Positions 39,889 through 49,068 of a DNA stretch of 64,000 bases are shown here, in pieces. Each line of letters opens with the position of its first letter. The stretch's first letter is position 1. Position numbers and translations under genes: made by a program. Source of the DNA: Longimicrobiales bacterium (GTDB taxonomy: Bacteria > Gemmatimonadota > Gemmatimonadetes > Longimicrobiales > Gaopeijiaceae); the NCBI GenBank assembly GCA_963422615.1, contig OY730414.1, positions 2,278,302 to 2,342,301 on the forward strand, given 5' to 3'. Below the pieces are notes generated by a model. The model made no database searches. It worked only from the letters and a program-made list of their open reading frames with translations, and was not told the origin of the DNA.

Positions 39889-40401
39889 TCAAAACAGAAG
39901 TGCGCGAGCGATCCAGTAGGGAATGAGGCCCAGCAGGCCCGTCAAGATCGCCTTGCCCGTGGAAAAGTCCAGCGCCTGACGGATAGCGACCACCCCGGCG
40001 ACCAGCAACCATGGAGCGACCGCCGCCCGGATGAGCCCGCCGACCAAGGGAACAACAACCAGCGCCGCCAGAATCCCCGGTGCCATCGCGAATCCGAGGG
40101 TACGAAGTAGCGCCCCCCAGGTGGCCGTGCCCCCCAACAGCATATTGCCCACGAAATAGGTGATTCCGGTCCAAACCAGCCAGTTGACCAAACTCGAGAG
40201 GGCCATCCACCCCATGTCGTCCAACCCCAGGGGAACTTCCCCGATCCCGGCAGCCATTGACGACAGCACAACGACAGTTCCGGCCTGAACGGTCGCGTCC
40301 CGATCCGCCTGCACGGCCCGGTAGGTCCCTCCATCCAAAATGACCGCCCCGATCATCCTCCTCACCAAGCCGGCCTTCCCCGTACCCCAACGGTCACACA
40401 T
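39889..40401 (-). CDS. Yip1-family multi-pass membrane protein
   Basis: RMIGA..TY..V..D..AT.QA pattern, LLRTLGFAMAPG, AIRQALD; 4-5 TM; start uncertain. Confidence 0.7.
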   Translation of the reverse strand: MCDRWGTGKAGLVRRMIGAVILDGGTYRAVQADRDATVQAGTVVVLSSMAAGIGEVPLGLDDMGWMALSSLVNWLVWTGITYFVGNMLLGGTATWGALLRTLGFAMAPGILAALVVVPLVGGLIRAAVAPWLLVAGVVAIRQALDFSTGKAILTGLLGLIPYWIARALLF

Positions 40402-40521
40402 GTCTGTCGCCTCCATTCCTCCAAAGTGACCCCGCCTACGGCACAAATTCCCCTTTTGTCTCAGATGATCGGACATCCGATCCTTGGGCCGGAGGGAGGG
40501 TGACGCATAAACGCCGTCTTT

Positions 40522-41946
40522 CTATCCTCCGGCGCTCCGACCCGGGTCCCGGCCGACGACGGATCGTCCAGACTTCCAAAGAAACGCCGCGTCACCGAAT
40601 CGGGGCAACCCGATCTTGACCCAGGACAACCCGGTTGACCTCTTGAATATGATCGCCAGAAGCAACACACGACAAATCATGCCCAGGGTCATGGTCCATG
40701 CGGCTGCAACAACACCGAAGTGCGAATACAGCAAGAGAAGGCCGGACAGATCAACCATCAATCCCAGGGAAACCGCCCAGGAGCAAACCCCCGGACGGTC
40801 CACGCCCTTGAAGTATGTCATCAGTATCCCCGAGCCGGCATGCGCCAGAACGCCGGGTGCGATAATCCAAAGAAACGAAACCGCTGGCAGAAAGGGCTCC
40901 GAAAGCAGAATACGAACCAGAGGCGTACTGAACGCGAGGAACACGAGAATGAAAGCGCCCGTAACCGCACAAACCAGACGAAAAGAGAGGGCAACCAGCT
41001 CGGGCCGCCCTCGACCCGCAATACGAGGAAGCAGAGCGTTGCCGACGGCGTCGGAGATCGGCATGAACCCGAGCATCAGCATAATCGCGGCATCAAAGAT
41101 ACCTATTTCATTCGGAACTGCGAGAAACCCGAGAATGAGCACGCCTGCGCGAAAACCGATTCCAATCCCGATTCGCGCAAAATGAAACTTCACCCCGTAA
41201 CCAAAGATCCGCTTGATATTCGAAGGAACGGGCAGCTCCCAAATTTTCCCGAAATGCCGTCGCAGGTCCCCAACACAAAGACCGATCATGACGCAGTGCC
41301 CGATTGCAAAAGCGAAGATCGCCCCATTCACTCCGAGTTCCAGATACCAAACGAAAAACGCAATCGCGAGTACGCCAACGAAACTCCGAAGTACCGAAAA
41401 AACCGCGATACGGGAAAACCGCCGAAGCGCCGCAAGCTGATGCTCGATCGCGCTCGAAAACGCCACGATCGGAACCATCAACAGCATCATCTGAAACGCC
41501 TGCAATGGCGCTTTCTGAAAGAAGGCGGCATCGCCGTAGATGAGCGGCAACGTGAGTGCACCGACAAGTCCGCCTCCGGCTACGCATATCGCGAGCGCGC
41601 AAGAAACACCCTGCGCAACATTCATTTTCTTGATCAACACAAAATACTGGCTTCCCTGTATGGCGCCAGGAGAAGAAACCAGGCTGAGCAAACCTCCGAA
41701 TGCCAGGCAAACAGCATAGCTTCCCCAACCCTCTGGAAGGAGCATATGCGCGAGCAGCGCTCGATTGAGAAGACCAAAAACAATAAGAAAGATCTTCGTC
41801 AAAATTAAAACGGATACATCCTGTCCACCCGTAGTGCCCGATAGACTCGAATCAGCGGAGCCGAATCGCTTCAACCAGAAAAACACGACACTCCCGAAGG
41901 GCCGAGGCGCGTCTCCTGCAAGACCTTCACGCGGAACCGCTTCCAC
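40522..41946 (-). CDS. Oligosaccharide flippase (Wzx/MATE-like)
   Basis: About 12 TM helices, LLPEGWGSY and EIGIF patterns of polysaccharide transporters; lower GC. Confidence 0.75.
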   Translation of the reverse strand: MEAVPREGLAGDAPRPFGSVVFFWLKRFGSADSSLSGTTGGQDVSVLILTKIFLIVFGLLNRALLAHMLLPEGWGSYAVCLAFGGLLSLVSSPGAIQGSQYFVLIKKMNVAQGVSCALAICVAGGGLVGALTLPLIYGDAAFFQKAPLQAFQMMLLMVPIVAFSSAIEHQLAALRRFSRIAVFSVLRSFVGVLAIAFFVWYLELGVNGAIFAFAIGHCVMIGLCVGDLRRHFGKIWELPVPSNIKRIFGYGVKFHFARIGIGIGFRAGVLILGFLAVPNEIGIFDAAIMLMLGFMPISDAVGNALLPRIAGRGRPELVALSFRLVCAVTGAFILVFLAFSTPLVRILLSEPFLPAVSFLWIIAPGVLAHAGSGILMTYFKGVDRPGVCSWAVSLGLMVDLSGLLLLYSHFGVVAAAWTMTLGMICRVLLLAIIFKRSTGLSWVKIGLPRFGDAAFLWKSGRSVVGRDPGRSAGG

Positions 41947-42241
41947 TCAACCTGAACCCGGAGCGATTTTGGAGGACCGACGAAAACGTTCGCGTGGAGC
42001 CCAGGAAAATCGGCCCGGGAAAATCCTTGGCTTTCCAACGGCTGCCTGGGATCAGCGGAGATCTCCGGGTCGCTGGGAGTCGACGGAACTCGATTCCGAT
42101 CCCGAAGGGCTGCCTCTTGGTCCGTACTCGGAAGGCATTTCTTCATAAGAAGAAGAGGGAAGAAATTGATTTCAAGATCTCCATTCGCTATCTTCGGTCT
42201 CTTAACTCAAGTGAAATGGAACCGGCGCTAAGGTTGAGGGA

Positions 42242-43600
42242 ATGAACTCAATAGCAAAATCGCAGCGAGGCGAAGATTCAATGGCGAAAATCATTTATTA
42301 TTTCGTAGCCTCGATGTGTTTTCTCAATATAAGCGGTTTTCTACTTCTGACCATCCAACGCGGCCGTTGGGGTTGGCTCGCAATCTCGGTGTTCTCGGCA
42401 TACCTCCTCTATCTTGTGCTACCTCGCGTCAAGATAGGAAAGGCGCTGGGAATTCCTGGATTTTTCCTTCTGACCACCTTGATTAGTCATATTGTCATTG
42501 GCACGTTCGTATTGTTCAGCTCGGACAATGGAGCCGACCTGACTACCGGAGCCTACCATGCAATGAGACACGGCATTGGTGCCTTCGTCATAGTGGCAAC
42601 GGCGGCGGGATCGTTCTTACTGTTGAATCGATTTGGCGCGGATCAATTGTTGAAATGGATTCTGGTTATTCTGACGACGAGTAGCGGCCTCGTATTGGCC
42701 ACTCCCCTTCTGACATACATTTACTCCCCTCCGTCGGCTTTTACTGAAGCCTTGGGAAGGGATATATTTACCAGGTTCTTCGGTACGAACAGTGAGGCAA
42801 ATGCTGCGGGTCTTACCGGCTGTCTAACAGCATGGCTGGGGTTGTGTACAATCGTCCTGAGTCGAAGGTATATGCTCGGAAACTTGGCTCTAGTGACGGG
42901 CGTCCTTGCCGCGATCCTGTCTTTATCACGAACCGCCTTGATCACTCTGGGTATGATTGCATCCTTGTTTATACTCCTTCCTCGTATGTGGAGAAAGGCT
43001 GCGTCCATTCTGCCAGCGTTAGCCGCGTCGGCAGGTGTCATCGCATACATTTCGCTTACCCCACCGGAACGCCTACCGATGCAACTGATCTCACTCCAAT
43101 ACATAAGTTCATCAAACATCGTATTCTCCGCAGGATACTATGAATCCGGGCGTTTTTCGTACTGGAAACGTGCTTTGCCGAAGATAGCCGATTCGCCCTT
43201 GATTGGTCATGGAATCTCCCGGTTAGAGCGCATGAAGGGACTTCGCTGTTCACACGGAAACAACTGTGGTATTCACAATCAATTTTTGGTACTCTGGGGA
43301 GAGTCAGGAATAATTCCGTTTGCATCGTTCATTTTGTTTTTCGCCTATGCGTTGTGGCAAAGCCTAGCCCTGCCAAGATCGGCCGCCACGACGGCAGTTT
43401 TTGGCTGGATGCTGATCATAGCCGTATACGCGATGGCGTTTCACGGGTTACTGCAATTCTACAGTGGCGTCATGTTCTTACTGGGATTGAGTTGCGGGAT
43501 TTTGGCATATACAAAAAACCGCAGCGGATCAACTCTATCTTCCATGGAGGATAGCGAATCCAGAATTGGATCGGGTAGGCCCCGGTTATCGGAACCATAG
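42242..43600 (+). CDS. O-antigen ligase/polymerase family (Wzy_C-like) protein
   Basis: Many TM helices, SLSRTA, SGRFSYW..SPLIGHG, HNQFL..WGESG; markedly lower GC. Confidence 0.8.
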   Translation: MNSIAKSQRGEDSMAKIIYYFVASMCFLNISGFLLLTIQRGRWGWLAISVFSAYLLYLVLPRVKIGKALGIPGFFLLTTLISHIVIGTFVLFSSDNGADLTTGAYHAMRHGIGAFVIVATAAGSFLLLNRFGADQLLKWILVILTTSSGLVLATPLLTYIYSPPSAFTEALGRDIFTRFFGTNSEANAAGLTGCLTAWLGLCTIVLSRRYMLGNLALVTGVLAAILSLSRTALITLGMIASLFILLPRMWRKAASILPALAASAGVIAYISLTPPERLPMQLISLQYISSSNIVFSAGYYESGRFSYWKRALPKIADSPLIGHGISRLERMKGLRCSHGNNCGIHNQFLVLWGESGIIPFASFILFFAYALWQSLALPRSAATTAVFGWMLIIAVYAMAFHGLLQFYSGVMFLLGLSCGILAYTKNRSGSTLSSMEDSESRIGSGRPRLSEP

Positions 43601-43627
43601 CCGTCCTCAACTTCTGCCGTTTTGTTT

Positions 43628-44653
43628 CTACTTGTCAATTCGGGCAGGAACAAAGAAGCCGATTCCCCAGCTCAAGTGGATGGTCAAAAGTACCAGTGGG
43701 AGGAGGACGGCGGCAGGGGAACGTTGACGAATTCCAACCACAATAGATCCGACCAACAAAACAAAAAGATACAGTGCCGGCGTCGCTGTGGCCATCCACC
43801 AGGGAGCCCCCAGCAACCCCAGTACTCCCGATGCGGCCAAACCCAGTACCAGCAGCGGAGCGGCGACTTGTCGGGCTCGCAAGGACGACAAATGCATTCG
43901 TACCACGACGTGCTTCCACCGGCCGTAGTCGAAATATTGCCGCGCAAGCTTCCGCAGCGAACCCCGTGGTTGATAGTAAACCGCAAGGCTTGGATCGAAC
44001 CAAACCTTTTCTCCGTTTTTCCGCAATCGCCAGTTGAGCTCATAGTCCTGATTCCGAGTCAGATTGGCGTTGATTCCCCCCACGGCTTCCAATGCGTCGC
44101 GGCGAAACACTCCCAAATATGCGGTTTTGGCGGGCCCTTCGGCACCGCCAATTCGGTGACGAGCATTGCCCGCCCCAAGCATTGAGGTGATCGCGAGCGC
44201 GACTGCCCGTTCGAATAATGTCACCCCTACGGATACCTGTCGGCCGCCGACGCTCCCCGCTCCCGTTCTCCTCAATGTCTCGACCGCGCGGCGTATGTAT
44301 CCGGGCGAAAGCGTCGTATGGGCGTCACACCGCACCACGACCTCTCCGGTCATCACCCGAAGCACCCGGTTGACACCATGCCCCAAGGTCCGTTCCGGAT
44401 TCGGGATGAGACGCACGGCCGGGTGGTAACGGCCGACCACCTCGGCCACAGCCGAAGTCTCCGATCCATCTGCGACGATCACCTCCACGGGGCCTGCATA
44501 CTCCTGGGACAGTACGGAGTCCAGGGCCGCCCCAAGCGTTGCTTCGGCATCTCGAGCGGGAATGATGACCGAGACCGGAGGGAACCGGATCGGATCCTGT
44601 GGGGTCGTCGTATTTCCTTGAGTTGTGTGACCTTCGGAAGTGGGATTGGCCAC
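43628..44653 (-). CDS. GT2 glycosyltransferase (ExoA-like)
   Basis: SVIIPA, VADG, RCDAH, RNQDYELNWRL, QYFDYGRWK; C-terminal TMs. Confidence 0.88.
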   Translation of the reverse strand: MANPTSEGHTTQGNTTTPQDPIRFPPVSVIIPARDAEATLGAALDSVLSQEYAGPVEVIVADGSETSAVAEVVGRYHPAVRLIPNPERTLGHGVNRVLRVMTGEVVVRCDAHTTLSPGYIRRAVETLRRTGAGSVGGRQVSVGVTLFERAVALAITSMLGAGNARHRIGGAEGPAKTAYLGVFRRDALEAVGGINANLTRNQDYELNWRLRKNGEKVWFDPSLAVYYQPRGSLRKLARQYFDYGRWKHVVVRMHLSSLRARQVAAPLLVLGLAASGVLGLLGAPWWMATATPALYLFVLLVGSIVVGIRQRSPAAVLLPLVLLTIHLSWGIGFFVPARIDK

Positions 44654-44900
44654 GGGTGTATGAGCACGTTTGGGGGTTCATCGGGACCGTATCCGGACAT
44701 GATGTCGCGCGATGCCCTGGTCAAAGTGTAACGCATGCAATCTAACAAGTCCTGTCCATGGGCGGGGAATCGCAGGTGGCAGTCGTGGGACTGAAAGCGG
44801 AGGTGCCGGTTGCGGAGTAAGGGCCCCGGGAAGAAGGCCGGCTTCTCTTCCTCCCCTCCGGAGATCGGGCCAGGCCCCGACAACCGGACCCTGTCCATGA

Positions 44901-46601
44901 GTGGCCAAGCCGACTTGGCGACCTATCCCTTCGTCGAGCCGTGCGGTAGGTTTTCCCGTGCCCTTCCCTGACCGAGCCCGCCTAGAACACTTCGCTTTGA
45001 GGATCGCCCTGGTTGACGGGGACGAGGCTTGGACTTATGCGCAACTGCTGGCGTACACCCGGATTTTGGCGGACGGCTTTTGCAGCCAGGGCCGTCTGGA
45101 AGGGGAGCGGATTGCCTATCTGTTCCCTCCTGGACGGGTGCACGTGGCCGTTCAGTGGAGCATCTGGGACGCCGGTGGAATTGCCGTCCCGCTGGCCGTC
45201 TCCCACCCCCTCCGGGAACTGGTGTACATCCTGGACGACGCCCAGCCCCGCATCCTGGTCGTCGATTCATCGCTCAATGGGGCCAGGGAACTGATCGGGG
45301 CGGCGAAGGCCCGCAAGATCAATGTCCAGGAGGTCCCGGCTTCGCACTCCCGGAGACCCGAAATCGGGGTGCCGGGGCCGACATTCCGACCCGATGGGGG
45401 TGACCCCGAAGTCGGGGTTGCGGGAAACGACGGGGTCGACGTTCGGGGCAAAACGAGCCCAGGCCGGGCCCGGAGGAGGGTCGGATGGAAAGAAAAAAGG
45501 GGCGACGGGGCGCTCATCATCTACACCAGCGGGACCACGGGCCGACCCAAGGGGGTTCTGACAACCCACGGGAGCGTGGCCGCCCAGATCCAGTCGCTGG
45601 TGAGGGCATGGAACTGGTCGAAGGCCGACCGTATTCTCCATGTTCTTCCTCTGCACCACATTCACGGCATCGTCAACGCGCTTTTCTGTGCGCTATGGTC
45701 CGGGGCCATATGCGAATTTGGGAGCCCGCATCCCAGAGCCATATGGGAGCGCTTGGCATCGGGAGAGATCACTCTGTTCATGGCCGTACCTGCGATGTAC
45801 AGCCGCCTGATCCACGCGTGGGAGGCGGCGTCCTCTGCCACCCAGCGCCGCTGGGCGCGGGGCGCCGGCAAGCTCCGGCTCGCCGTGTCGGGCTCCGCCG
45901 CTCTGCCCGTCAGGACGCTGGAGCGTTGGCGGGATATTACGGGTCACACCCTCCTGGAACGCTACGGGATGACCGAGATCGGCATGGCGCTCTCCAACCC
46001 GGTGGTGGGCGAACGTCGGACTGGCCACGTTGGCCAACCTCTGCCAGGCGTGGAGTTGCGCATCGTCAACGATGAGGGGCACCCGGTCGACGAAGGCAGC
46101 CAGGGTGAAATCGAAGTTCGGGGCCCACAACTCTTTCGGGAGTATTGGGGACGCCCCGAAGAGACCCGGGCCGCCTTCCGGAACGGCTGGTTCAGAACGG
46201 GGGACGAGGCGCGCCTCGTGGACGGGTACTACCGGATTGTCGGGCGCCGCCTCGTAGACATGCTGAATACCGGAGGGTACCGGATTTCGGCCCTGGAAGT
46301 GGAGGACCTGTACCGGAATCACACTGCGATCCGGGATGTGGCGGTCGTCGGCGTGCCCGATCCCGTCTGGGGGGAGCGGGTGTGCGCCGCCTGGGTTCCG
46401 GTGTCGTCCTGCTCCAGACCCGACCAGGCGGAGCTCCGGTCGTGGGGCAAGGAACGCCTCGCACCGTACAAGGTCCCTCATGATTTCAAAGCCGTGTCGC
46501 GCCTTCCCCGCAATGCCATGGGCAAAGTGAAGAAGTCCCAGGTGGCGTCTCTGTTCCCGACCGCCGGAGCACCCCTGCCCGGCGCGCGGACCGGGATTTG
46601 A
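44901..46601 (+). CDS. Acyl-CoA synthetase, malonyl-CoA synthetase (MatB/ACSF3)-like
   Basis: YTSGTTGRPKG, LPLHHIHG, LERYGMTE, WFRTGD, RNAMGK; start uncertain. Confidence 0.85.
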   Translation: MAKPTWRPIPSSSRAVGFPVPFPDRARLEHFALRIALVDGDEAWTYAQLLAYTRILADGFCSQGRLEGERIAYLFPPGRVHVAVQWSIWDAGGIAVPLAVSHPLRELVYILDDAQPRILVVDSSLNGARELIGAAKARKINVQEVPASHSRRPEIGVPGPTFRPDGGDPEVGVAGNDGVDVRGKTSPGRARRRVGWKEKRGDGALIIYTSGTTGRPKGVLTTHGSVAAQIQSLVRAWNWSKADRILHVLPLHHIHGIVNALFCALWSGAICEFGSPHPRAIWERLASGEITLFMAVPAMYSRLIHAWEAASSATQRRWARGAGKLRLAVSGSAALPVRTLERWRDITGHTLLERYGMTEIGMALSNPVVGERRTGHVGQPLPGVELRIVNDEGHPVDEGSQGEIEVRGPQLFREYWGRPEETRAAFRNGWFRTGDEARLVDGYYRIVGRRLVDMLNTGGYRISALEVEDLYRNHTAIRDVAVVGVPDPVWGERVCAAWVPVSSCSRPDQAELRSWGKERLAPYKVPHDFKAVSRLPRNAMGKVKKSQVASLFPTAGAPLPGARTGI

Positions 46602-46634
46602 GAACGTGAGCGCCCTTCGATTCGGAGAACCGGC

Positions 46635-48125
46635 ATGATCGAATCGGTTCTGGACAACCTACGGGCGTATTGGGTCGTTCACCTCCTTCTGCTGGGATAC
46701 ACCATCCTGCTGGCTCGCCACGCCTGGACCGGCAACCGGCAGACCCAAGGGGTCGCCGACTACTTCGTCGGCGGCAGGGCGATGGGGCCGACGGTCATCG
46801 GGCTGTCGTTCTTCGCCACCTATTCCAGCACGAACTCCTTCGTCGGCTTCTCCGGGCGGGCCTACGACTGGGGCGTTACCTGGTTCATTCTCGTGCCCTT
46901 CGTCGTCGGCATGAGCCTGTTTGCCTGGGTCGTGGTCGCTCCCCGGCTGCGCAGCTTCACGGAATCCTTGGGGTCTCTGACCATACCCGACTTCATCGGA
47001 TTTCGTTTTGGAAGCCCGGCGGCAAGGATTCTGGCGGCCCTGATCGTTATCTTCGCGTCCTTCTTCTATCTGACGGCGGTCTTCAAGGGGATCGGGAATC
47101 TCCTGGAAGTCTTTCTGGAGATCCCGTACAAGACGGCGATCATCATCGTGTTCTTCATTGTGATGACGTACACCGTCATGGGAGGGTTCATCTCGGTCGT
47201 CAAGACCGACGCCGTTCAGGGCGTTGTCATGATCGTCGCGGGCGTCCTTCTCTTTCAGGGTACGGTGTCAGCCGCGGGCGGTCTGGGCTCTGTCGCGGAA
47301 CTGGCCCGGGATGCGACCACCGCGCCCCTCCTGCAGTGGGGCGGCGGCGTCTCTGTCTCCCTTGCCCTGGGGGTGGCCTTCGCGGGAACGGTCAAGTTCG
47401 CCGTGGAGCCCAGGCAGCTTTCTCGATTCTACGCCCTTGAGAGTAGAGCGGCGGTGCGAAGGAGCCTCTGGGTCTCCACGCTGGCCTTTCTCCTTGTGTA
47501 TTCGCTTCTGATCCCGGTGGGACTGTACGCCCGTACCCTGATTCCGGGTGGCCTGGCCGACACGGATCTGGTGGTTCCTCACCTTCTCACCACCGATGGG
47601 GTTTTCCCCAGCGGCGTGAGCGCGTTCCTCCTCCTGGCCATGGTCGCCGCCGCCATGTCCTCCCTGGACAGCGTTCTGCTGGTCATGGCCTCCACGGCCC
47701 AACGGGACATCGTCGGCATGGTGCGCAAGGGCACAACGGAGCGCTCCAACCTTGCAGCGACCCGGATCTACGTTGCTCTGTTCGCCCTGGTCACGGCGAT
47801 TATCGCCCTGAAACCGCCGGCGGGAATCGTGTCCTTGACAGCCCTTTCAGGAGCGGTTTTCGGTGCGTGCTTCGGCCCGACGCTCCTCTTGGGTCTGTAC
47901 TGGCGTAAAGGGAACGGGACCGCGGCCATTGCGTCCTTTCTTACCGGACTGGCGGTGCTCGCCCTCTGGGGCTTTTTCCCTTGGACCGGGGGGATCCATC
48001 CCGTATTCCCGGGCGTGTTCTCCTCGTTCCTGGTTTACTGGGCGGTTGCAACCCGCATGACGGCGTACCGGAATCGGGCGGTTGACAAGCTCTTCGAAGC
48101 CGAGCGGGCTGGGACCGCCGGGTGA
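46635..48125 (+). CDS. Sodium:solute symporter (PanF/PutP-like)
   Basis: DYFVGGR, SFFATYSS, GGFISVVKTD, AAAMSSLDS; about 13 TM. Confidence 0.88.
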   Translation: MIESVLDNLRAYWVVHLLLLGYTILLARHAWTGNRQTQGVADYFVGGRAMGPTVIGLSFFATYSSTNSFVGFSGRAYDWGVTWFILVPFVVGMSLFAWVVVAPRLRSFTESLGSLTIPDFIGFRFGSPAARILAALIVIFASFFYLTAVFKGIGNLLEVFLEIPYKTAIIIVFFIVMTYTVMGGFISVVKTDAVQGVVMIVAGVLLFQGTVSAAGGLGSVAELARDATTAPLLQWGGGVSVSLALGVAFAGTVKFAVEPRQLSRFYALESRAAVRRSLWVSTLAFLLVYSLLIPVGLYARTLIPGGLADTDLVVPHLLTTDGVFPSGVSAFLLLAMVAAAMSSLDSVLLVMASTAQRDIVGMVRKGTTERSNLAATRIYVALFALVTAIIALKPPAGIVSLTALSGAVFGACFGPTLLLGLYWRKGNGTAAIASFLTGLAVLALWGFFPWTGGIHPVFPGVFSSFLVYWAVATRMTAYRNRAVDKLFEAERAGTAG

Positions 48126-48164
48126 GGGGCTCCCACCCCGGACGTCCAAGGTGGCTTTCTTCCG

Positions 48165-48974
48165 ATGGATAAGGAATCAACCCCGATTCCCTACCGTTTC
48201 CGGTTTCGGGACGGGCCGCGTATTGTCGTCAAGGTCGCGGTCATTCTCGCGTGGACCGCCACCGTTGCCGCCACGCTCGCCGTCGCTTGGCTTCCCACGC
48301 TGGCCGCTCGCTCCGGTAGCGTGTGGAGAGCCCGGATGAGGCGGCGCGCATACCGTATCTGGGCCCGCGGTACGCTTTTCTCCTTCGGCGTCCAGGTTCT
48401 CCCCGAGGGGAAGCCACCCCCTCCGGGGTGCCTGGTCGTCTCCAATCACCTGAGCTACCTGGACATCGTGGTCCTGGCCTCCCTCCTGCCCGTCATATTC
48501 GTCTCCAAGGCCGAAGTCCGTCAATGGCCCTTTTGGGGGCTCATGGCCACCCTGGCCGGTACCGTATTCATTGACCGGAACCGAAAGCGAGATACTCTGC
48601 GGGTTCTTGACGCGATGCAGCGGGCCTTCGACAGGGGCGACAGCGTGCTCATTTTCCCGGAGGCCACAAGCACGAAGGGCGCCACGATCCTACCGCTAAA
48701 ATCTTCCCTTCTGGCGACTGCTTCGGCCCAGGAGGACCCGGTTTATTGGCTGACTGTTTCCTACCGGACACCCAAGGGAAGCCCCCGGGCCCGGGACCGG
48801 GTCTGCTGGTGGGGCAACGCTGGGTTTATCGGCCACTTCTTCGGGCTGTGTTCTCTGAGGCGGGTGCATTGCACCGTTCGTTTCGGTGACTCCTCCGTTC
48901 GCTGCGCCGACCGCAAGGCGTTGGCCAAGCACCTGCGGAACGCAATGCTGGGACGCTTCGAACCGGTTCCTTGA
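48165..48974 (+). CDS. PlsC/OlsA-family lysophospholipid acyltransferase
   Basis: NHLSYLD (HX4D), FVSK, GTVFIDR, FPEAT. Confidence 0.9.
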   Translation: MDKESTPIPYRFRFRDGPRIVVKVAVILAWTATVAATLAVAWLPTLAARSGSVWRARMRRRAYRIWARGTLFSFGVQVLPEGKPPPPGCLVVSNHLSYLDIVVLASLLPVIFVSKAEVRQWPFWGLMATLAGTVFIDRNRKRDTLRVLDAMQRAFDRGDSVLIFPEATSTKGATILPLKSSLLATASAQEDPVYWLTVSYRTPKGSPRARDRVCWWGNAGFIGHFFGLCSLRRVHCTVRFGDSSVRCADRKALAKHLRNAMLGRFEPVP

Positions 48975-49022
48975 GCCTGGGCCGACTTCTTCGGACTAAA
49001 ACGCCGAAGCAATGCACTCGGG

Positions 49023-49059
49023 AAAAAAGGGCGGCCGCATGAAAGGGTTTCGGCCGCCC
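49023..49059 (-). terminator. Intrinsic terminator after the wza-like gene
   Basis: gggcggccg/cggccgccc stem followed by T6 on the minus strand; between convergent genes. Confidence 0.7.
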
Positions 49060-49068
49060 CTATAGTCG

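Noticed and set aside
44751..44899. 10-bp direct repeat cctgtccatg at the GC boundary as a possible target-site duplication
   Set aside because: No terminal inverted repeats or transposase between the copies; could be chance.
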